From positions 5,146,001-5,210,000 of the forward strand of contig OZ218950.1 of assembly GCA_965112735.1 (NCBI GenBank): a stretch of DNA of 64,000 nt, written 5' to 3'. This DNA comes from Phaeosaccion multiseriatum (lineage: Eukaryota > Protista > Ochrophyta, other classes). Positions 35,637-46,600 of this stretch are shown piece by piece (position 1 is the first letter of the stretch; each line of letters begins with the position of its first letter). The position numbers and the translations under genes were made by a program. The notes beneath the pieces are model-generated. The model saw nothing but the letters and a program-made list of their open reading frames with translations. It had not been told where the DNA came from and searched no databases.

Positions 35637-37997
35637 ATTGTATATATTCTTTGCCAAGGTTGGAGGGGTGGGAATGTTCTTCCTAACCAAAGGTGAAGCC
35701 ATTCTGTGCCTGCCCGTGGAAGAAGAGGTGAGGCAGGAAGGAAGGAAAGAAAGAGAAGAGAAGTTTTTAGGAGGCCCGACGGACGCAGAGCGCGGAGTCG
35801 ACTTGTTTTGGTGTACCTCGCTCACTCTCTCGTAGGCTGGTAACCCCCCCTAACCCCTAGCTCCTACCCGAACACGCCCCTTGTCCCCCCACCGTGCCGT
35901 GCCCGCCTCATCTCATCCCTCTCTCTCATCAGGCGCTACCCCCTCATGGGTCAGATCTTAGAGAGCTGTCTCGTCAACAACATTCGTGAGGCGGTGCGCG
36001 ACATGGACAAGATGTGTTACAAGAAGAGGGACAAGAGCAAGGGCATGAAGAGCAGTAGCAGCAAGGGTAGTGGCAGTGGGAAGGGCAAGAGGGAGGGCAA
36101 GGGCGGGGATATGGGGAAGCAGGATTCCAGGAAGAGGGGCAGGTCCCCAAGCCCGCCCTCTTCGTCCCGTTCCTCCTGCTCTTCCTCTTCCTCCCGTTCC
36201 TCCTCGTGTTCCTCCTCCTCCTCCTGGTCGTCTTCGTCTAGCTCCTCGTCTGGAAGTGGCACAAGCGATAGCGACAGCGACGATGGCAGACGCGCGGCAA
36301 GGCAAAGGCGGAGGAGCGCAGGGAACAAGGAGAAAGATCCAAATGATGTCGATCCGACTCCGGCAGTGACCACAGCCGCTACTACAGGTGGCCGCAATTT
36401 GGGTTTGGTCAGCAGCTTGAGCAGGAGGAAGAACCTGACAAAGACGAAGAGAAGAAAGACCGTGCAAGTGTCCGCTAAGGAGGATGACATCGGCGACCAA
36501 GGCAGCGTTGAGGCGGGAGGCCTTGGCCAACACGATCTGAGCTACTCGGATTTGAATGACCTGCAGCACTTTGGAGAATTCATCACGCAGCATGCGGTCA
36601 CTACCATCTTGGGTATGGAAGTGAAGATTAGTCTCTCGAGTATGATCGGGGGACCTGGGGCAGGGGCTCGGCGCTCTTTGGAGAGAGCCCGGATTGCGAG
36701 CAAGCTCATTAAGCGAGCGAGACAGGCCCAGGCGCACGGCGGGAAGGGATTAGGGCATGGGAAGCCCGTGTCGAGCTTCCTCATGGAGCGGCTCAGGAAG
36801 AAGGCCCAAGAGGCCAAACAGAGACTGGAAGAGGCCCAGGAGAAGGCACGAGAAGATGGGGTGGCGTACGATGGCCCGGTGCCCAGGCATGGCTCTGTGG
36901 TGGTGGCTGGTCCGGACGACGCGCCTGCTTCTCCTGCGCCGGCGAAGAAGCCTACTGCCAGTCCGACAGCATCAGCAGCCAGCAGCAGCAGTCTGCCCAC
37001 CTCTGGTCCGACGCGCAGCAGCAGTAGTGTGCCTGTGTCTGATGGCTCCGTCGTGGCACAGTCTGCCAGTCAGTCTGCCAGTCAGTCTGCCAGTCAGTCT
37101 GCCAGTCAGTCTGCCAGTCAGTCTGGCAATCAGTCTGGCAGTCAGTCTGGCAATCAGTCTGCCAGCCAGTCTGCCAGTCAGTCTGTCAGTCAGTCTGGCG
37201 GGGAATCAGAAGCGCATGGCGGTCCCCACCGCCATCACCACCACCACCATCGTCCGCATCACGAGGGGGCGTCTCCCGATGACCACCACCGCCACCACCA
37301 CCACCACGACCACCACCATGGTCACCAATCACCACACCACCACCGCCACCACCACCACCACCACCGTCATCACCGCGAGGCTAAGCCTGTGGTGACTTCG
37401 GGGTTTTTCAAGGAACAACCGCTACCGCTCATTGCCTCGAACTTGCCACCGTTGATCGAAGTCGAGAAGAAGACACCGCAGCAGCCGACTGCAACGCAAC
37501 TGCAAGGGGAAGGAGCCAAGGCAGGAGGCGCAGTGGTGACGAAAGGCTCTTCCACGACGTCGACGACCGACGACTCGGAACCGGTGTGGACGGGCCTGGG
37601 CACCGGGACAAGCTCGACGGGTTGGAGGCGGGTGGGGCATCTCAAGATTGTTCCTTCCTTCGTGCCGACAGGGGCCGCAATGTCGGAGATTATAGCAGGG
37701 TACATTCACGATTGGTTGGTGAAAGGGTTCATCGACGGAAAGATTCAGGAGCTCTTTCGGAGGTGTGGGGCGTTTCATTTCGTGCCGGCGGAGGACGACG
37801 ACGAGGAGGAGGAGAAGAATAAGAAGGAGGAGGGAAAAAAGAAGAAGAAGGAGGAGGAGGAGCTGAGGAATAAGGGGGCCTCTGTTTCCCTCTCGGCTCG
37901 TGCGTCAGAGGAGAGTGAGCATATTGGGAGAAAATCAGGTTTCCAGCGCCAGATCACCATGCGGAGACAAAAAAGCGTTCTCGGGACGTTATCTTGA
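27794..37997 (+). CDS. Two-repeat (2x 6TM + CNBD) EAG/CNG-like K+ channel, many exons. The junction to the last large exon (about 35930-37997) is uncertain
   Basis: Two sets of YLKGWF..DL.ST.P, S4 (RAMRLFRLAKL; RIVRLVRLLKLFRILK), pores TMMTVGYGDI (about 29400) and TLTT|VGYGDI (33930/34278), and CNBD-like VYFVVKG and MFFLTKGE. Confidence 0.8.
35470..35635. repeat. Long (TC)n microsatellite in intron
   Basis: About 155 bp of near-perfect TC repeats followed by (TG)n. Confidence 0.95.
37059..37375 (+). repeat. Coding 12-bp SQSA tandem repeat followed by a poly-His tract
   Basis: CAGTCTGCCAGT repeated about 11 times, then (CAC)n blocks. Confidence 0.9.
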
Positions 37998-38112
37998 TAC
38001 ACGGAGAGGGATAGACAACCCCCCAATAAATAGACAAGTTAGATAGATTTTGTGGACGAGGAAGTACCTCTCGATTCGTCCCGCCCGCCTGAGTCCGCTT
38101 TGAGAAAGCGCA

Positions 38113-40331
38113 TCAATCGTAGTCAAAGGCCCTGAACTGCGCTCCCCATTCCGTCCTGACAAGTGCCTGCAGGGCCGGGGACAACGGTGCCAGAGCGTTC
38201 TTCTTAAAGCCTTCCAAATCCTGCCAACAACGCCCAAAGCAAAGCGAGAGGAGAAGAGGAGAGGCGTGTTCGTTCATTCATCGGAGAGGGGCTCTTGATT
38301 GGCGACGGCCTTCGGATCACCAGTCTCTACGGGGCTTACCTTGACATAGTCGCGGACGCAAGCCTCTGCGTCTCTGTGGAAGTCCCCGAGCTTGAGTGTG
38401 GTGTAGATGTTCTCACAAACGGAGATCTGATCTGCTTCAAGCTCCGCAAACGACACCTTACGACGAAGGACGGCCGAGCGTACGTATGGTTGGTTGCAGG
38501 TGACCGCACCACCACATGCCACAAGCCACAAGCCCACACGTTATTCTTAATTCAAAAGAATCGGAACGAACATGATGGTGGGCACAAGAAGCGACACACA
38601 CACGTCGACAACATCCAAGAGAGATAGATGAATGGTGTGCCGTAGATAACAGACAACCCCCTCCCGTCCTAGGTATCTCTTTTGTGTGTCCCTCGCTCGC
38701 ATACTTGCTCACCTCCACCAAGTTTCCCTCGGGTATGAGGCCTCTGTCTCGGAGATAGGCCTCGTAGAGGATCTTGCCTTGCTCAAGGATGAAGCTTTGA
38801 ATGTCGTCGTTGGTGGGGTTCTTTTGGAGGTACGTCTTCCAGTAATAAGCATCCGCCATGTGGCTATGAAAGATGCAGCGAGACAGGGGGGTGGTGGGGG
38901 GGGGAGAACATGGCGGCCACGAAAGGAGGTGTGTGGGTCGGGGTGAGTTCCCTCTTACCATTCTCCCTCACACTCTCCTCGAGCCCGCACCCGCACCAGC
39001 ACCGCAGTAGAAAGTTAGCAGCTTCCCTTCCTTCCCCGCTCTCTCACCAGGCAGATTGGAAGGTAACGAGGGGGTCTCTATGAACGTATACGAACTGCGC
39101 GTTGGGGAAGAGCTGCAAGAGAAGCCTCACTCTGCCGCAGTGGTTGGGGCTCTTGAGGAGGAGACGCTTGCGCGAACCCACGCGGTAGGTGAGCTGCGCG
39201 GAAGGATAGAGGAGACAAGGCGAGAAGGGAGGCGGAGGGAAGAAGGCAGTGCGTCATCAAGACAGAGAAGGGCAGGCGGGCGGCGAGGCCTTGAGCGAAA
39301 GGTGGATCGGTGAGTGACTGAGTGGGTGGGAGCCCTGACCTTTCTCAGGAATCCCAGGAAGGCCCTGTGCCATCGCCGGAAGGCCTTCTCCTCGCCTTCA
39401 AACGCGTTGTAGCCCAAGTACACCCTCGCCTGAGCTCTTTTCATAAAGAGCAGCGGCATGATCGGGCTGCGAGGGGGGACAGGCGGGGAGCAGGAGCCAC
39501 AAGACACTTACTGTCAGGGAGTACCATGTCTGACTTAAATCATGCGCCTTTGATTCTGTCCTGTCGTCGCCGCTCAACGCCCCCCCCCTTCCCCGCGCTC
39601 CCGTCTCCCGGAGATGTAGCCTGCGTACCTTGTGCCGGCAGAGAGAACGTTCGTGGCCAGCTCGTCCTCCTGCGAAAAAAGTTCCGAACAAAGCAAGCCC
39701 TCCTTAACAGAAACCTCTCCCATTGGACAAACAATGGCCCCCACCCCCCACTAATTGACTTCACCTGCGGTAGGTCGAAGTCAAGCTTCATTGCATCCAT
39801 GGGCCTTGTCTCGCTAATGAGCGGAGACAGTAGGAACTTGAAGCCAAGCTTGCATCCATGGGCCTTGTCTCGCTAATGAGCGGAGACAGTAGGAACTTGA
39901 AGCCAAGCTTCCCGAAGAGCAGAAACGTGGACGGGAAGCTGGGAGAGGAGAGGAAGCATCGAGGCAAGAGCGAAACGGTGCGCTTATACTTCATAAGCGA
40001 CATCGAAGGTGGAGGCGAAGGTGAAGTTTGTCCTGTCTCTCGAAAGAAGGTTGTGCAGCAGCGTAGTTCCTGTTCTTGGGTGGCCGATTATAAAAACAGG
40101 CCGCTCGTTCAGCACAACTTTCCCCACCGCCCGCCCGAAGAGCGCAGTCTCTACGCATGCCCAAAGAGAGTTCCAAACGGAGATGCAGGTGAGGAACAGC
40201 AAGCGCGGCCAAACAGTTGTCCAAGCTATGTCTCCTCTGTGCCGATGAAGAATACATACCCACGCCGGCAGGCAGATCCCTGCCATCAGGTTGTCCTTGC
40301 AAGAGTACTTAGCGTGAAGAAGAGAGATCCG

Positions 40332-40363
<32 letters not shown>

Positions 40364-40497
40364 TGAGAGAAGGGAAGAAGACTTGGAGAGAGTGTTCCTC
40401 CAGCACTCACCCAGTCTTTTGGAGTGAATTGATACAGAGCGTCGTCTTCTTTTTCCTCTTCATCGACGTCCCCCTTCGCCGCCCGCTGGCGGCTCAT
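38113..40497 (-). CDS. Sulfotransferase (Sulfotransfer_3 / Stf3-like), about 9 exons, apparently disrupted near 39790-40000
   Basis: PVFIIGHPRTGTTLLHNLLS, RPMDAMKLDFDLPQ|EDELA, LLLKSPNHCGRV, FPNAQFVYVHRDP. A 59-bp frameshifting duplication and no phase-compatible donor after STFDV. Confidence 0.8.
39791..39908. repeat. Perfect 59-bp tandem duplication inside an exon
   Basis: TTGCATCCATGGGCCTTGTCTCGCTAATGAGCGGAGACAGTAGGAACTTGAAGCCAAGC occurs twice. Confidence 0.95.
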
Positions 40498-40651
40498 TAC
40501 CAAGAACGGCGGCGGTGAAAGAAGGAGAGGAGAACATTTATGATTGTCTAAAAGTAATGAGAGGGAAACTCGCATGTTGGTGCTCCGGGTTCACAGATTT
40601 TCATCACAATCACAATCACACCGAGCTACGTGCTGATATCTCTGGACTAAA

Positions 40652-43600
40652 TCAACGCCGTGGAAACAGAGCGGCCGTGCCAGACACAGCGCCACTGGAG
40701 CGAGTGGCGTTGTTGCTCTCCGTAGCACCACCTTCACGTGAAGACGACGCGTCCACCGAGGCCTCCGAGGCTGCCTCATAGAGGGTCTGGAAAGACCCCG
40801 TCGCCTGACAGAGCCCGTGGAATAGAGAATTGGGGTCGCGTAGGAGGGCAAGGGGTGCAGCCAGCTCTGCAATCTCCCCCCTTTCGAGTACCATGATGCG
40901 GTCGTAGCGGATGACAGTGTCTATGCGGTGTGCGACGGTGAGCAGCGTGCAGTTTCTGGTGGTGGGGTGGGATGGCAGTGGATGGGTGGGATGGCGGTGG
41001 ATGGGGCGGGTAGGGTGGGTAGTGGTCAGATGCACGCACGCGCACGCACAACGAGGAGGGGAAGGCGAGGGAAGCAGAGCGATGGTGTGGTGACTGAGTG
41101 AATGAATTGAGTACTACAGCTGTACTGGAGCTGGGCCATCATAATTTGGTCGCTTTCAGTGCTCGGACCGGACCGACCGGTTTGTTCATCTGCCAAAAGG
41201 TTTCCTTCTGGGGACGGACTTGAGAGTCCGTCTAAGAAGGGCGTGGGTATGTATCCTCCCCCTTGTTCGCGGGCCGCCCACCCACCCAGCCACTCCCTCC
41301 CTCCTCCGCTCCTCCTCCTCCTCCTCCTCCTCCTCCTCCTCCCCCTCCTCCTCCCTCCTCACCTGAACTCCGTATCGATGGTTCGCTGAATGATGGCGTC
41401 CGTAGCAGGGTCCACTGCTGCAGTCGCCTCATCCATCACCAGCAGACGCGTCTTCTTCAGCAAGGCACGCGCAATGCACAAGAGCTGCTGCTCCCCCAGG
41501 CTCAGGTTGTCCCCCTTTTCACTCACTCGCGAGTCCAGACCGAAGGCGGACAAGCAAGCTCGGTCCAGCGCCGCCCTCACCTGCGAAGAAGAATAATAAG
41601 AAGAACAAGAATAAGAATATGAATAGCAAGAAGGAGTGTGTGCGTGTGTGTGCACCCAGGGAGAGCCGCCCTCACCTGCACGTCGCTGTACTGCTCCAAG
41701 GGGTCCACATTGCTGCGCATGGTGCCCTCGAAGAGCACGGGGTCCTGACACCCGGCAACAGCCAACACCGGAGGAGGGTAGGAGGGATGGCAGTGGACGG
41801 ATGAGAGGGTGGGAGGGCAGGAGGGCAGGAGGGATGGCAGTGGATGGAAGGGCGGGAAGGGCGGGAAGGGAGGCGAGGGCATTCGAAACGACCACAAGTC
41901 AAGTGAGGTGGAGGCATAAGAGTAAAAATCTTCTCCGCCAGAGATATGAAAAGAGGTAGGGATGGCAGTGGACGGGAGGTCCGAGAGAGGGAACAGGAAG
42001 AGAGATAGTAGACAGAGCGAGAGCGAGAGAGAGGGAGGGAGGGAGACAGAGGGAGAGACATAGAGAGGGAGGGAGAGGGAGGGAGAGGGAGGGAGAGAGA
42101 GAGACAGGCCGCCAAAGGGAGAGACATAGAGAGGGAGGGAGAAAGGGAGGGAGAGGGAGGGAGGGAGAGAGAGAGAGAGAGACAGGCCGCCAACGCGTGG
42201 GGTGAAGCCGCCGCCGCCTACTCTCTCGGCCAGCCATTGCGGTAGCAACGATACGTTCACAGACGCACTACTATCTTGTACAACCAACCGATACGGATGC
42301 AATAGTACCTGAGGTATGATGGAAATGCTGGAACGAAGGGCCCGCAGGCCGATGGTCGTAACGTCCACTCCGTCGATGATTATCTGCCCCCGCAGAGGCT
42401 CCACCAGGCGGAAGAGGACCTGCAGCAGTTGGTGATACAGCAAATGGTGATACAGCAGCAAACGCGTGGCTGGTTGTCAGAGGCACGCACGTCCAAAGAG
42501 AGACAGCAAAGGATGAATGGCCACACAGATCGATAGCCAAGTAGTAGGTGAGAAGCAATTCCTTACTGAGGAGGACCCAGGACAAAGCCTCCTCCTCACG
42601 CCCATTCACTGCCATCCACCCCTGTTCTTACCGCGACGAGTGTGCTCTTTCCCGCCCCCGTCCTTCCGCAAATGCCCAAGCGAGTGCCGGCTTCCAGCGC
42701 CAGATTGAGATTATTGAGCACGGGGGCGGGAGCGAGGTTGGTGGCACTACCAGGGAAGCTGCTGCGCGGTAATGCCTCAAAACGGGACACTGATGAGCTC
42801 ATGCTGCTCCCCCTCCTCCCGCCCCTGCTGTTGTCAAAATCATTATCATGATCATCATCATCATAGTCATCGTCATCGCCGTTCCAGTAGTTGTCGTTCT
42901 CGTCGTCGACCGTCTCGTACACAACAGTGAGGTCCCGCAGCGTCAGACTCCCCTGCCTGGGCCAGTCCGGTGGCAGCTGCGGCACCCCCTCCCCAGTAGA
43001 CTCGTCTGGTGTGTCTGCAGGGGCCTCTTGAGGGAGCTGGAGGTACTCTGCTACCTTGGGAACGCTACTCCTCATCTGCGGAGAGAGAGAGATGGAGAGG
43101 TTACAGGAGGTAGAGAGAGAGTGCGTCAGTGCGTCAGTCACCCACCGCCCGCAGTAGTAGCACAGTAGTCGCCAAGAAAGGAAGAGCGCACGTGAAGGAA
43201 GGAATGAAGGGATGAATGAATAAATGAATGAACGTCCTGCTGTGCTCTGTCTACCTATACCTAACCAACGCCAATCATCTCCTACGGACACTTACATTGA
43301 GCTCGAGCAGAGTGAGCCATCGTGTAAGCGTCACATTCATGGTGGGCAGTAAGGAGCAGTGGTTCATCAGGAGGCTCGCCAACACGAGGGACACGGAGTT
43401 CCCTGCATTCAGCAGAACGATGGCGCAGAACATGGACACGCTGGCAGAGAGAAGCACCACGCGAAGGATGCTCCAGGCCTGACAAGTAGCAGTTGGTGAT
43501 ACAATAGCAGTAGTAGGAGAGGTAGCAGTAGTAGTAGTAAGGGGAAGGGGGGGAGGAGGAGCAGGAGTAGTCTTCAGAGGAGCAGTGGTAGTGCAGTAAC

Positions 43601-46600
43601 AGTAGTGGTAGTAACGGAACGGGGGAAGTGGCCCAACTCAAGGGACACACACATCAAAAGCCTGGCCTCTGCTTGGCTTTGGCTTTGAGCCCCCCGCCCA
43701 GCCAATAGTTGGCGGGGATCGAACCACCAATCGACGCACCTCGGTTAGGGCGGCGTTCCAATTGGCGCAGTTGAGGAGGTCCACCCTCTTGCAGCAGTCC
43801 TGCAGGAACTTTGACTCCATCTTGAAGGCGCGGATCGTCGCCAAACCAAGGGTGGCCTCTCCCAGCAGAGAGGTCAGGGGCGTGGCGGTGCTGGCTTGCT
43901 ATAGGAAGGAGGGGTAGTAGTTGTAGCAGTAGTTGTAGGAGGAGGAAAGAAGGAACTGTGAGGTATCAGTTAGCTGCAGTTAGCTACGGCGAGAGGGAGG
44001 GAGAGAGAGCATTAATAGAGTTAGCGGTTCTAGCTGCTGAAGAACACGTGGGCACAGGTGGGTCAATTGAGAGAGGAGAGGGAGACCAGAGGAAGAGGGA
44101 GAGATGAATAGAGGTAACAACTCTCACGTAATCTCAAGGAACCCCACACAACCTCACGTAAACGCACGAGTCTTACGTACCAAGCTCTTGACCCCTATGG
44201 CCGCCGTCATCGACACCCACAGCAGTGTCGCGAAGAGGACGAGGAGGCTCACCACCGCCACTACGAAGATGGCAGAGGACTCCACCCGACCGCTGATAAA
44301 CAGCAGCACCACGAACACGCTGGACAGGTGGCAGCAGATGGAGGCAGGAGGACAGGTCCGATGGCAGCAGACAGCATACGGGAGAGGTGAGGTGAGGTGA
44401 GGTGATGGCAGCAGATTGAAAGGGGAGGGTGGAGACGTTTGAATAGCGGTGGGTGGATACAGGTATAGCTATAGCCCACCCCTCCGACTTGTCTGTACAT
44501 GACCGGGCTACCTGCCGGCAGCTACTGTACACAAAGCTACACCGGCCTTTGTGACGCGGCAGTCCCTTGGGCCGGTACAACCCTCAGCCGCTACCTTAAA
44601 CTCCAAAACAGGCCTTGAATCTGAACAAAATAAGTAGATTTTCACACCCCATTCGCTCATTCTAGCAGCCAGCCAGTCAGCCAGTCAGCCAGGCAGTCAG
44701 TCATTCATTAACTCAGTCAATCAGTCTCCAGGTACTCTCAAGCTTGCCTGCCGGCAGGGCTACTCACCTGAGGGTGCATGCGGCCAAATTCAAAGAGCCG
44801 CGCAGGGAGAAAACAAAGTCCCTATCCATGATCTCCAAGTCGATGGCGAAGCGGTTGAGGATACGCCCATGAGGAGTGTGCTCAAACCACGCCATTGGTG
44901 CCCGCACCAACCCTTCCACCATGCGATTGAACAGCCTCCGCTGGCTACGGAGGAGGTTGACACTTGCCAAGAGACCCTGGATGAAGTACAAGACAAAGCC
45001 CAACAAGCAGAACCCAACGTAGAGCCGGCAGAAGAGGGCTTCCTTTGCCGATTGTCCTGCGGCGTTGGCCTTGACAAATTCGCCGAGAGTGTATGCGATC
45101 ACTGCGGGTGCGGGGGTCGGGGGTGTATGTCAATGAATTGGTGTGAGTGATTGCGATCACTGCGGCGGGTGCTGAGCGGGGGGGAGGCCAAAGGCAGGAG
45201 CACACGAAGCGAGTTGTGTGTGTGTGTGCGTGTGTGTGTGTGCGTGTGTGTGTGTGTGTCGTGTGTGCGTGTGTATGTGTGTGTGTTTCCTGTGCCGTTA
45301 GAGGTCTTGAGGAGGGCGGTGTTCCGCTCGGTTTGTGTCCCATACAGCAGACACCCCCTTCCACCACGGCCATCACCACCACCACCACCACCAACACCAC
45401 CGCTGTCTCCCCCCAGCCCCCCCCCTCCGTCCCCACCACCACCACCGCCATTGACTGCCATCCCACCACCACCATTGGCTGTCATCCCACCATCGCCATT
45501 GGCTGCCATCCCCCCACTGCTGACCTGTATGGTTGGACGTTAAAATAATCTGTATGACGATGGCAGGCAGCACGTAGGTAAGCCACCCCATGTACCCGAG
45601 GAAGGTCTTGTAGTTCTTCAGCCGGCTCGAGCCCGTTCCATGCATCTTGCCTTCGCCCCCCAGACCCTCGTCTCTGTATGCCTTGGTCACGTCTTCCTGC
45701 AAACTCAAACTCTGTTGACTTATGCACGAGCCGATGGAATTCCGATGACTTATGTACGAGCTGATGGAGTCGCGGTACTCCATAATGCCCCCCCCATCGT
45801 CGTCTCCTTCGTCTTCGTCTCCTCCTCCCCCTTCTTCTCCTCTCTCGAGCAAGTCTGCCAGCGCGGAGCCCGACACGGCTAGAAGCTGTCTCGGCCGCCC
45901 CTGCTCTCTGACGGTGCCATCCTTTGACATTACGAGCAACTCATCGGCGTACCTACGGGAGGGAGCGTGCGTGGGTGCGTGCGTGCAGGTGCGTGGGCGC
46001 GAGGTCCACCAATGTCCAACACGAAGCAAGCCCAAGGCCGTTCGTACTGTATCGGTATGCCGTGCGCTTATCCCGCCTGCCTGCCCCCCCCTCCCCCTTT
46101 CTCGCTCTCTGTGCGTGCGTGTGTGTGTGCGTGTGTGTGTCTGTTTCCCCTTCTCTCCCTCTTTCTCTGTTGTGGCTGGCCTCTCTATTCTCTCACCCTC
46201 CACACACACACACACGCACACACCCATCCACACGCACACACATTCATTGACACACGCACACACATTCATTGACACACGCACACACTCACGTTTTTGATAC
46301 CTGCATTCATGACATATTCACATAACACCGTACCTTGCAGCTTTGGCGACGCTGTGTGTGGCCATGATGACCGTCTTGCCCCTGCCAACAAGCGTCTCCA
46401 TCACACACCTCTCCATGAGGGCGTCAGCCACATGCGAGTCTACGGCAGAGAGCACGTCATCCAGCAGCACCACATCCGCGTCATCGTACACTGCTCTCGC
46501 CAGTGACACGCGCTGCCTCTGACCGCCACTGAGAAAGAGAAAGAGGGAGGGGAGAGAGAGAGGGAGAGGGGAAGAGGGAGAGATAGGAGAGAGAGAGGGA

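Noticed and set aside
35841-35860. TAACCC telomere-like sequence
   Set aside because: Only two imperfect units inside an intron.
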